From contig NC_009483.1 of assembly GCF_000016745.1 (NCBI RefSeq), positions 5,104,365 through 5,136,364 of the forward strand: 32,000 bases of DNA, given 5' to 3'. Shown piece by piece: positions 9,365-17,027 of the stretch. A program made the position numbers and the translations under genes. The number at the start of each line of letters is the position of its first letter. Position 1 is the first letter of the stretch. Source of the DNA: Geotalea uraniireducens Rf4 (GTDB lineage: Bacteria; Desulfobacterota; Desulfuromonadia; Geobacterales; Geobacteraceae). A model generated the notes under the pieces. That model saw nothing but the letters and a program-made list of their open reading frames with translations. It did no database searches and had not been told where the DNA came from.

Positions 9365-10489
9365 ATGAGAAAGCTGTTTGATGAGACAAAAATCAATCAT
9401 CTGCTGCTGCCGAACCGCTTGGTACGCTCCGCCACCTGGGAAGGGATGTGCGAAGCAGATGGTCGCCCGACCAAAAAACTGGCCGCCTGTTACGCCAACC
9501 TGGCCAGAGGCGGAGTCGGCCTGATCATCACCGGCTACGCCTTCATCCGTCCCGACGGAAGACAGCTTCCCGGCCAGATGGGTATCCATACCGACAGCTT
9601 TGCTGCAGAGATGCGTGCACTAACCGAAACGGTCCACCGGGAAGGGGGAAAGGTCTGCCTCCAGCTCGTACACGTGGGAGGCCAGACCAGCTCCAAGACC
9701 ATCGGCCGCCAACCGGTAGCCCCCTCCGCAATCAAGGTCGAACAGTTTCCCGAAGAAGCGGCGGAACTGTCGGTTAAAGAGATAGGGGAGATTGCGGCCC
9801 AGTTCGGCGAGGGGGCACGCAGAGCCAAGGAGTACGGCTTCAACGCCGTCCAGCTCCATGCATCCCATGGTTACCTCATCAACCAGTTTCTCTCACCGCT
9901 GACCAACCGGAGGAGTGACGCATACGGCGGGAGCATCGAAAACCGTTGCCGCTTCCTCCTCGAAGCCTACTGGCGCGTGCGGAAAGCCGTGGGTAGCGAA
10001 TTCCCCGTGCTCGTGAAACTGAACGGCGACGACAACCTGGCCGGCGGACTGAGTCTGGATGACGCGATAACGGCCGCCCGTGCCCTAGACGAGGAGGGAA
10101 TCGATGCAATCGAGGTGAGCGGCGGCACCCCTGCCTCCGGCGACCGGACACCCGTTCGGCAGGGGATCGACAGCCGTGAGCAGGAAGCGTATAACCTCCC
10201 CCTTGCCTATCGGATCAAGCAGGCGGTATCCTGTCCGGTTATGGTGGTCGGCGGACTTCGCTCGTTTGAAATTGTCGAGGGCATCATTCGCCGGGAAGAG
10301 GCGGATTATGTGGCCATGGCACGGCCATTCATCCGTGAGCCCGCGCTGGCAAAGCGATGGGCAGGCGGAGACGAGTCCCATGCCCGTTGCATCTCCTGCA
10401 ACGGTTGCTTTAAACCGGGGCTTAAGAGTGGTGGAATTTACTGCGTGGTGGACAGGATCGAGCAGGAAAGCAAAAGAGTCTCGCTGTAA
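9365..10489 (+). CDS. Old-Yellow-Enzyme family NADH:flavin oxidoreductase with a C-terminal 4-Cys (Fe-S type) motif
   Basis: The in-frame ORF starts at 8933, but that part overlaps pyk. ATG 9365 follows SD AAGGAGG (9354-9360). Motifs: MRKLFDETKINHLLLPNRLVRSATWEG..., HASHGYLINQFLSP, and C-terminal CISCNGCF-x11-C (CxxCxxC-x12-C, TMADH/FadH-like cluster motif). Confidence 0.85.
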   Translation: MRKLFDETKINHLLLPNRLVRSATWEGMCEADGRPTKKLAACYANLARGGVGLIITGYAFIRPDGRQLPGQMGIHTDSFAAEMRALTETVHREGGKVCLQLVHVGGQTSSKTIGRQPVAPSAIKVEQFPEEAAELSVKEIGEIAAQFGEGARRAKEYGFNAVQLHASHGYLINQFLSPLTNRRSDAYGGSIENRCRFLLEAYWRVRKAVGSEFPVLVKLNGDDNLAGGLSLDDAITAARALDEEGIDAIEVSGGTPASGDRTPVRQGIDSREQEAYNLPLAYRIKQAVSCPVMVVGGLRSFEIVEGIIRREEADYVAMARPFIREPALAKRWAGGDESHARCISCNGCFKPGLKSGGIYCVVDRIEQESKRVSL

Positions 10490-10544
10490 GGGGCCATGCC
10501 GTCTTATTAATGTAATGTGATCAGCCTATGTGAGGGTTGCTGCA

Positions 10545-11450
10545 ATGTCGAATATCATCCTGCTGGCAGTCTGCTTTGGCGCAGGGATCTTTCTCCAAAG
10601 GACCGGTCGCTTTCCGGTCGCCACCCCGGCGGCACTGAACGGCTTCATCATCCACATATCACTGCCGGCTCTGACGCTTCTCCACATTCACCGACTTCAC
10701 TTGGACAGCACGATCATCTTTACCGCCGCCATGGCCTGGTGCCTGTTCGGCGCCGGATTCCTGTTGTTTCGTGTTGTCGGGAGGCTGGCAGGCCTGACAT
10801 CCGGCACCACTGGCGCTCTCATGCTCGTCGGCGGGCTGGGTAATACCTCCTTCGTCGGGCTGCCGATGATCGAAGCCTACTACGGCAAGGAATTTCTCGG
10901 CGTGGGAATCATCGCCGACCAGCTCGGATCCTTCCTCGTTCTATCCACCCTCGGAATAGCCATTGCGACGATTTACTCTTCCGGCGACGTGTCGCCACGC
11001 CAGATGGTGCGGAAGGTCCTCCTTTTCCCGCCATTCCAGGCCCTGGTGATCGCCTTTCTTCTCATCCCGGTCCCCTTCCCGGACTGGCTGGCCATAATCC
11101 TGCAAAAACTCGGCGACACCCTGACCCCGCTGGCACTGGCCTCGGTCGGCTTCCAGCTCCGACTGGGCCACATCCGGGGCGAGTTGAAGCCGCTTGGCCT
11201 CGGGCTCCTTTATAAGCTGGTTATCGGCCCGGCCCTCCTCACCCTCCTCTTTGCCGGCATCATGGGGGGAAGCGGCAAAGTCATGCAGGTTACCCTTTTC
11301 GAAGCGGCCATGGCACCCATGATCACCGCCGGTATCATCGCGGTCGACCACGATCTCAATCCGCCGCTGGTAACCCTCATGATCGGCATCGGCATCCCTC
11401 TTTCGTTTCTTACCCTGCCGGCATGGTGGTGGCTTTTACAAGGGGTGTAA
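10545..11450 (+). CDS. AEC (auxin efflux carrier) family permease
   Basis: About 300 aa, polytopic and hydrophobic, with typical AEC N- and C-terminal repeats (MSNIILLAVCFGAGIFLQ..., ...PLVTLMIGIGIPLSFLTLPAWW). I prefer ATG 10545 (SD GAGGG 7 nt upstream) to GTG 10530. Confidence 0.8.
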   Translation: MSNIILLAVCFGAGIFLQRTGRFPVATPAALNGFIIHISLPALTLLHIHRLHLDSTIIFTAAMAWCLFGAGFLLFRVVGRLAGLTSGTTGALMLVGGLGNTSFVGLPMIEAYYGKEFLGVGIIADQLGSFLVLSTLGIAIATIYSSGDVSPRQMVRKVLLFPPFQALVIAFLLIPVPFPDWLAIILQKLGDTLTPLALASVGFQLRLGHIRGELKPLGLGLLYKLVIGPALLTLLFAGIMGGSGKVMQVTLFEAAMAPMITAGIIAVDHDLNPPLVTLMIGIGIPLSFLTLPAWWWLLQGV

Positions 11451-11483
11451 AAAAAAAGCCCTCGTCATTGAAGGGCTTTTTTC
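11451..11483. terminator. Bidirectional terminator between the convergent AEC and prfC genes
   Basis: A7-gccct (to 11462), a 9-nt loop, then agggc-T6 (11472-11482). An A-run lies on one side and a T-run on the other. Confidence 0.65.
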
Positions 11484-11486
11484 GTA

Positions 11487-13070
11487 TCAGCTATGTTCCC
11501 TGGTGGCGTGGAACTGTATTTCCCGCCAGTTTTCCATGGTGTTGTCAAGCCGCCACTGGCTCGCAGCAAGGTAAGCAAGATTTCCCTCGCCGTCCCGATA
11601 GAGGTGCATCGCTTCCTTCTTCTCAAACTCTTCCAGTTTTTTCTTCTCACCGGTTACCCAGCGGGCGGTAACGTAGGAAACCGGCTCATAGGCTGCCTTG
11701 ACCTTGTACTCATGCTCCAGCCGGTGCATGACCACGTCGAATTGGAGAAGACCGACGGCGCCGACGATCCAGTCGCTCCCCATCAGGGGGCGGAAGACCT
11801 GGGTCGTCCCCTCTTCGGCAAGCTGGACGAGCCCTTTCTCCAGGGCTTTGGATTTCATCGGATCAAGAAGGCGCACCTTGCGGAAATGCTCCGGCGCAAA
11901 GTTGGGGATACCGGTATATTTGAGCTCTTCCCCCTGGGTAAAGGTGTCGCCGATCTTGATGGTGCCGTGGTTATGGATGCCGATGATGTCGCCGGGGTAG
12001 GCCTCGTCCACGTTGGTGCGATCCTGTGCCATGAAGATGGTGGCGTTGGCGATCTGCACCTCGCGGCCGAGACGGATGTGCCGCACCTTCATGCCGCGGA
12101 TAAACTTCCCTGAACAGATGCGGAAGAAGGCGATGCGGTCCCGGTGAGCCGGGTCCATGTTGGCCTGAATTTTAAAGGTGAAGCCGGTGAACGGCTCCTC
12201 GTAAGGGGAAACGGCACGGCTCTCGGTCTCTCGCGGCAAAGGCGCCGGGGCATGTTCAACGAAGGTGTCAAGGAGCTGCTGGATGCCGAAGGTGTTGATG
12301 GCACTGCCGAAAAAGACCGGCGTCTGCAGACCGGCGAGATATGCCTCCTGCTCAAAGGGGTGTGCTGCACCTTCAAGGAGTTCCACGTCATTTCGGAGTT
12401 CCTCGACCTGGGAACCCAGCAACTCGTCGAGGAGTGGGTCCTCCAGCCCCTTGACGGTTATGGTCTGACCGGTACCCTTATCGGCCTCCGGATCGAAGAA
12501 GGTCAGCTCTTTGCTGTAAAGGTGATAGGTGCCGCGGAACCGTTTGCCCATCCCGACCGGCCAGGTCATGGGAGCGCACTGGATATTCAGGGTGCTCTCG
12601 ATGTCGTCGAGGAGGTCAAGGGGCTCGCGCCCTTCACGGTCCAGTTTGTTGATAAAAGTCATGATCGGGGTATGGCGCAGGCGACAGACTTCGAGAAGCT
12701 TCTTGGTCTGGCTCTCCACCCCTTTGACCGAATCGATCACCATGAGGACCGAGTCGACGGCGGTGAGGGTACGGTAGGTATCCTCGGAAAAATCGTTGTG
12801 GCCCGGCGTGTCGAGGAGGTTGATCTCGAAATCCCTGTAGGTGAACTTCATAACCGAGGAGGTAACGGAGATGCCGCGCTGCTTTTCCATCTCCATCCAG
12901 TCGGAGGTGGCATGGCGGGCAGCCTTGCGGGCCCGGACCTCACCGGCCTGCTGGATGGCGCCGCCAAAGAGGAGAAGCTTTTCCGTAATGGTTGTCTTCC
13001 CTGCATCAGGGTGACTGATGATGGCGAAAGTACGCCTGCGGCTTATTTCTTTCTCATTATGCTTTTTCAT
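11487..13070 (-). CDS. prfC: Peptide chain release factor 3 (GTPase)
   Basis: 527 aa: [30 protein letters not shown]..., [21 protein letters not shown] lies 8 nt upstream of ATG 13070. Confidence 0.95.
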
Positions 13071-13153
13071 GGGAACTACTCCTCGATTCTCATCCGCCGA
13101 AACAAAAAGCCGGCAAGTGATTAACGGATAACTATGCTTTTGCCAATGGCCGG

Positions 13154-13327
13154 GTCTAGGAGTCTGTCGGACTTAGGGAATCGTAGCGAGAGAATGGCAA
13201 TCGAGGACAGATTTTCGGAAATTTGAGAGCGAATAGTGGACCTATTTGTCGAAAATTTCCGGAAATATGGACCGATTTTCCGTTCTCGCAGTAGATTCAT
13301 TCCTAAGTCCGATAGGCTCCTATAGAC
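13154..13327. repeat. 174-bp long imperfect palindrome (MITE-like element or structured RNA locus)
   Basis: The outer arms gtctaggagtctgtcggacttagggaat (13154-13181) and attcctaagtccgataggctcctatagac (13299-13327) are reverse complements apart from a few mismatches/indels. The inner segments also pair, for example ttttcggaaattt with aaatttccggaaat. The centre is near 13240 (aatag-tggac-ctatt). Confidence 0.6.
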
Positions 13328-13331
13328 ACAA

Positions 13332-13360
13332 GAAAGGCGAAGAGGTTATCTTCGCCTTTC
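13332..13360 (-). terminator. Orphan perfect hairpin, terminator-like on the minus strand
   Basis: gaaaggcgaag (13332-13342), loop aggttat, cttcgcctttc (13350-13360): a perfect 11-bp stem. The minus-strand tail is TTGTGTCT. No minus-strand gene lies upstream of it; both flanking genes diverge. Confidence 0.3.
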
Positions 13361-13503
13361 GAAGTACCGTTAAATAATGCCATGTTGACAGCAAAAGGGC
13401 AATAAAAAACTACCCTTTTTCACCAGCAGAAAGCTCTTCCTTTTATTGCCGCCAAAATGGTAAATTTACATCATGAGTAAAGCAATCGGAACATTGAGAT
13501 ACC

Positions 13504-14265
13504 ATGTTGATTGACACCCACTGCCATCTGGCGGCCCCCTCCCTTGCCTCCAGACTGCCTGAGGTTATAGATGCCGGCAAGATGGCCGGCGTGGAAAAGT
13601 TCATCGTTCCCGGGGTCGGCCCGGAAGACTGGGAGCTAATCAACGAGCTGCAAATGAACTGGCAGGAGATCTATCCAGCCTTTGGCCTGCATCCCATGCG
13701 AGCCGATCTTATTTGCAGCGAAGTTCTGGTACGGCTGGAATTCCTCTCCCGGTCTGCAGTGGCAATCGGTGAAATCGGCCTTGACTACACGTTAACCGAC
13801 GTTCCAAGGCAAATACAAATATCCGCATTTCGCAGCCAGCTTGCACTGGCGTTAAAGTACAATTTGCCGATACTCATCCACTGCCGCAAAGCTTTCCAGG
13901 ATCTGCTCACCATCCTCAAGGATGTAGATATACGGAAGGTCGGCGGAGTAATGCACGCCTTTTCCGGCAGCCCGGAAACTGCACAGGAATGCATAAAGCT
14001 GGGGCTTTACATTTCTGTAGCCGGAACCGTGACCTATTCCAATGCAGTAAGACCTCTGGAAGTGGTGAAAAGAATCCCTCTCCAGCGCCTGCTCCTGGAA
14101 ACGGACGCACCGGACTTGACACCTGAACCGTATCGGGGTCAAGCCAACGAACCGGCATTTATTGTTGAAACTGCGCGGAAGGTGGCCCAGATCAAAGGGG
14201 TCACAGTAGAAGAAGTCGCGACTGCGACTACTTTGAATGCAAATAAATTGTTTCGTTTGATCTAA
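13504..14265 (+). CDS. TatD-family metal-dependent hydrolase (DNase)
   Basis: 253 aa: MLIDTHCHL..., GEIGLDY, ILIHCR, HAFSG, LLLETDAP. Confidence 0.9.
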   Translation: MLIDTHCHLAAPSLASRLPEVIDAGKMAGVEKFIVPGVGPEDWELINELQMNWQEIYPAFGLHPMRADLICSEVLVRLEFLSRSAVAIGEIGLDYTLTDVPRQIQISAFRSQLALALKYNLPILIHCRKAFQDLLTILKDVDIRKVGGVMHAFSGSPETAQECIKLGLYISVAGTVTYSNAVRPLEVVKRIPLQRLLLETDAPDLTPEPYRGQANEPAFIVETARKVAQIKGVTVEEVATATTLNANKLFRLI

Positions 14266-14341
14266 GTGGCAAATCGTCTGCTTGCCAAGAGCGCCGGGGA
14301 TAATCAGAGTCCCCTTGCAAATACAACTCAGAGGTTAATTA

Positions 14342-15112
14342 ATGTCCAATCTGCACCGTTTTTCCCGCACTGAATTACTCATCGGCCCTCAAGGTCTGGA
14401 TAAGCTGAAAAACTCGACCGTGGCAGTCTTTGGCCTGGGCGGCGTCGGCAGTTTTGCCGCCGAGGCTCTCTGCCGAGCCGGAATCGGTCGGCTGGTGATC
14501 GTCGACTTCGACGACATCTGCCTGACCAACGTCAACCGCCAGCTCCACGCACTGGACGGCACAGTCGGTAAAGCCAAGGCCCTGGTAATGGCCGAACGGC
14601 TGAGGCTGATCAACCCGCAGGCCGACATCGTCCCCTACAAGGACTTCTACGCCGCCGACAACAGCGATTTCTTCTTGTCTCACGGTTACGACTACGTGGT
14701 GGACGCCATTGACCATATCACCAGCAAACTCCACCTGATCCGAAGCTGCAAGGAAAAAGAGATCCCTATTATTTCCAGCATGGGAGCAGCGGCCAAGCTC
14801 GACCCGACACTGATAAAGGTAGCTGACATCGCCGAAACCCAGAAATGCCGCATGGCCCGTTCCGTGCGCAAGCTATTAAAAAAACAGGGAATATCCTGCG
14901 GGGTCAAGGTGGTGTTTTCCACCGAGGAGTACCGTCAGCAGGATGTAAAAGACGGCGGCTGCAAGGGGAATTGCATCTGCCCAAACAAGGACGACCAGCG
15001 ATTCTCCTGCGAGCACCGACGGGTTATTCTCGGCAGCATTTCCTTCATACCGTCGATTTTCGGACTTACCATGGCCGGGGTGGTGGTAAACGACCTCCTG
15101 TCAGCGCATTAA
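14342..15112 (+). CDS. tcdA: tRNA threonylcarbamoyladenosine dehydratase (ThiF/E1-like)
   Basis: 256 aa: FSRTELLIGPQGLDKLKNSTVAVFGLGGVGSFAAEALCRAGIGRLVIVDFDDICLTNVNRQ. SD GAGG lies 7 nt upstream. Confidence 0.85.
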   Translation: MSNLHRFSRTELLIGPQGLDKLKNSTVAVFGLGGVGSFAAEALCRAGIGRLVIVDFDDICLTNVNRQLHALDGTVGKAKALVMAERLRLINPQADIVPYKDFYAADNSDFFLSHGYDYVVDAIDHITSKLHLIRSCKEKEIPIISSMGAAAKLDPTLIKVADIAETQKCRMARSVRKLLKKQGISCGVKVVFSTEEYRQQDVKDGGCKGNCICPNKDDQRFSCEHRRVILGSISFIPSIFGLTMAGVVVNDLLSAH

Positions 15113-15127
15113 TAATTACCACCCTGG

Positions 15128-15155
15128 TTGACCGGACATTTTTTGTCGATATACT
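15128..15155 (+). promoter_or_regulatory. Sigma70-type promoter for the ferritin-like/cytochrome pair
   Basis: TTGACC (15128-15133), 16-nt spacer, TATACT (15150-15155), about 45 nt upstream of ATG 15202. Confidence 0.5.
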
Positions 15156-15201
15156 CTTTACAAAAATACACTCTCTATCTGATGCAGAACTGGAGGCGCG
15201 T

Positions 15202-15699
15202 ATGGGAAAAGAGTATACGGTACAGGAAGCACTGAAGCTGGCCATTCAGGCTGAGAAAGACAGTATGGACTTTTATCGGCGGGCTGCATCGGTTACCAGG
15301 AATGAGCGGGCAAAAAAGGTTTTCGAGTTGCTGGCCAATGAAGAAGTGGGACACCTTAAATCCTTTTTTGATCACTACAAGGGAGGAAATTTCGGAGATC
15401 TCATGTCGTTCATTGAGTCGCCGCCCAACAAGAAGAATGCCACCTACCTGGCCCTGGAGAAAGCCATCGACGAGGAAACCCACGAGCAACTGGCTTTGGA
15501 GATCGCCCTCAAGGAAGAAAAATCCTGCATTGACCAGTACACCATTATTGGTAAGGACATCATTGACCCGCTGGTCAGAGGGATTTTTGAACGTGTGGTA
15601 AAAGAGACACAAAACCACTATGACATGATAGAAGACGAGTACATGCATATCATGACCATGGTCGACAAATCAGATCAAGACATTTATGTGAGGGAATGA
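15202..15699 (+). CDS. Ferritin-like / rubrerythrin-family four-helix-bundle protein
   Basis: The in-frame ORF begins at 14845 but overlaps tcdA. ATG 15202 follows SD GGAGG. The 165-aa protein has paired helices with AIQAEKDS, LANEEVGH (ExxH), ALKEEKSC and VKETQNHYDMIEDEY. The second ExxH is not canonical. Confidence 0.65.
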   Translation: MGKEYTVQEALKLAIQAEKDSMDFYRRAASVTRNERAKKVFELLANEEVGHLKSFFDHYKGGNFGDLMSFIESPPNKKNATYLALEKAIDEETHEQLALEIALKEEKSCIDQYTIIGKDIIDPLVRGIFERVVKETQNHYDMIEDEYMHIMTMVDKSDQDIYVRE

Positions 15700-15998
15700 T
15701 GCGGCTTCATACATTTATTATGATGTTTCTGGTAGTATCTCTTTCCCCTATTTCTCTACTTGCTGCCGCCCGGGAAGATGTGAGAGGAATAAGTTTACGC
15801 CAACAAGGGAACAAGATGATTGACGAGAAATGTCTGGCTTGTCATAATCGGCAGAAAATAGAAGCCGCCCTGAAAGAGCGGAAAAATATGGAAAAGATCA
15901 CGCAACGAATGGAGAAGAAGGGTGTCGTGCTAAGCGACAGGGACCGTCAGGTGCTCGGTCATTTCTGGCAGCAAAATCCTCTGAAGAAGATTAAATAG
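15696..15998 (+). CDS. Small secreted monohaem c-type cytochrome-like protein
   Basis: 100 aa with signal peptide MMRLHTFIMMFLVVSLSPISLLAAA/RE and a single CLACH motif. Its ATG overlaps the upstream stop (ATGA at 15696-15699). The ATG at 15699 is an alternative start. Confidence 0.6.
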   Translation: MMRLHTFIMMFLVVSLSPISLLAAAREDVRGISLRQQGNKMIDEKCLACHNRQKIEAALKERKNMEKITQRMEKKGVVLSDRDRQVLGHFWQQNPLKKIK

Positions 15999-16038
15999 TG
16001 TCTCATCCGGAAACTCCGGATGAGACACTATTGGTTTC
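15996..16038 (+). terminator. Intrinsic terminator after the cytochrome gene
   Basis: tagtgtctcatccgg (15996-16010) pairs with ccggatgagacacta (16016-16030): a 15-bp perfect stem followed by TTGGTTT. Confidence 0.75.
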
Positions 16039-16200
16039 CAATGTGGAAACGAGGGATTTTTAGTCCTGGCAAGGAAATCGAGGGGTTGCGCGGAGGCGTA
16101 CATCGGTACGCCGCACAAGCAAGCCTGAAGATTGACACCGCCAGGGCGGAAAAGAACCGTTTCCGGATGGAAACTAAATAATAGCTTTCCCTTGAATACC

Positions 16201-16240
16201 AAAGAGCGACCGGACATTATATGCCCGGTCGCTCTTTTTT
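16201..16240 (+). terminator. Strong plus-oriented intrinsic terminator (also abuts the 3' end of the SLT gene)
   Basis: aaagagcgaccgg (16201-16213) pairs with ccggtcgctcttt (16225-16237): a 13-bp stem running into T6 (16235-16240). The minus-strand tail is only GGTATTC. Confidence 0.7.
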
Positions 16241-16263
16241 GTAACGATTAGTTATGTGTATAT

Positions 16264-17019
16264 TCAGCCGGCATACTGGGTATAATACCCTTTAACCTTG
16301 ACCAGGTAATCCCTGGTTTCACGGGGAAGCGATGTCCCCTTTCTGTCAACATTGCCCGGCCCCCAGTTATAGGCAGCCAGAGCAGACTCCACATTCCCGC
16401 CATAACGGTTCAGCATATCCTTTAAAAACCGCGTTCCTGCCATAACATTCTGTTCGGGATCAAAAGAGTCGCTGACACCCAAGTCTTTGGCAGTCGCCGG
16501 CATAAGCTGCATAAGCCCTTGCGCGCCTGCATGTGAAACCGCATGGGAATTAAAATTGCTTTCTGCTTTTATGACGGCCTTGATAAGGCCCGCATCAACG
16601 CCATAGCGGTTAGAAGCTTTACTGATGATGGCATCCAGTGAGGCACGGTCTGCGTTTTGCGTCCTGTTTTCGGACTTGCTGCCGTCATCCTCCGGCAAAG
16701 TAGCTGAGACAGCGGCGCCATTCCGCTCCTGTTCCAAAAAACTCGACAACGCCTTATTTATGGATTGGCTACTGGGGGGAGGATCGTTATTCGAGGTGTC
16801 GTCTCCCAGAGAAACTGCACTCCTTAACATCCGCAGATGAAGAATTTCCGCCGCCGTTGCCACTGTAACCGGTGGATTTCCGCTGCCGCTTTTCATATTG
16901 CCTGCGGCTGAAAGGGCCTCTTCAAACAGCGCCCCGCTGCTGTTTCCAGCCGCTTCAATCTGAGCCTTCAGCCGGCTGACATCATTCTGCACCCTTGTTT
17001 CTACTTGGTTTATCACCAT
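16264..17019 (-). CDS. Lytic transglycosylase (SLT domain) with a non-hydrophobic N-terminal region
   Basis: 251 aa. C-terminal SLT motifs are [23 protein letters not shown] and AAYNWGPG. The first ~130 aa ([28 protein letters not shown]...) have no signal peptide or TM segment. SD AGGAAA precedes the start, which lies 8 nt after the regulator's stop. Confidence 0.85.
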   Translation of the reverse strand: MVINQVETRVQNDVSRLKAQIEAAGNSSGALFEEALSAAGNMKSGSGNPPVTVATAAEILHLRMLRSAVSLGDDTSNNDPPPSSQSINKALSSFLEQERNGAAVSATLPEDDGSKSENRTQNADRASLDAIISKASNRYGVDAGLIKAVIKAESNFNSHAVSHAGAQGLMQLMPATAKDLGVSDSFDPEQNVMAGTRFLKDMLNRYGGNVESALAAYNWGPGNVDRKGTSLPRETRDYLVKVKGYYTQYAG

Positions 17020-17027
17020 TTTGTTTC

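Noticed and set aside
12144-13124. 326-aa ORF antisense to prfC; similar shadows at 11493..12113 +, 3484..4266 +, 5802..6560 - and 26285..27094 +
   Set aside because: Each overlaps a confidently identified conserved gene (prfC, OMP, PBP1A, mnmG) on the other strand and has no recognisable motifs.
13121-13300. 59-codon minus-strand ORF (MNLLRERKIGPYFRKF...) spanning one arm of the 174-bp palindrome
   Set aside because: It starts inside the repeat, has no SD, and has no hydrophobic or recognisable features. It is most likely a by-product of the palindromic sequence. It is just below the track cut-off, so I flag it only for completeness.
14267-14282. Sigma54-like element TGGCAA-atcgt-CTGCT with correct spacing, just after the TatD-family gene's stop and 60 nt upstream of tcdA
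   Set aside because: It is a single degenerate match in front of a housekeeping tRNA-modification gene, with no upstream activator-site-like repeats. A chance match is likely.
14845-15201. N-terminal extension of the ferritin-like ORF
   Set aside because: It overlaps tcdA and the predicted promoter. ATG 15202 has an SD and begins the helical bundle.
16041-16181. 46-codon plus-strand ORF (MWKRGIFSPGKEIEGLRGG...) and the 95-aa minus ORF 15930..16217
   Set aside because: The plus ORF has no SD and its start codon sits inside a palindrome. The minus ORF overlaps the 3' end of the cytochrome gene and two terminators. I treat the tract as non-coding.
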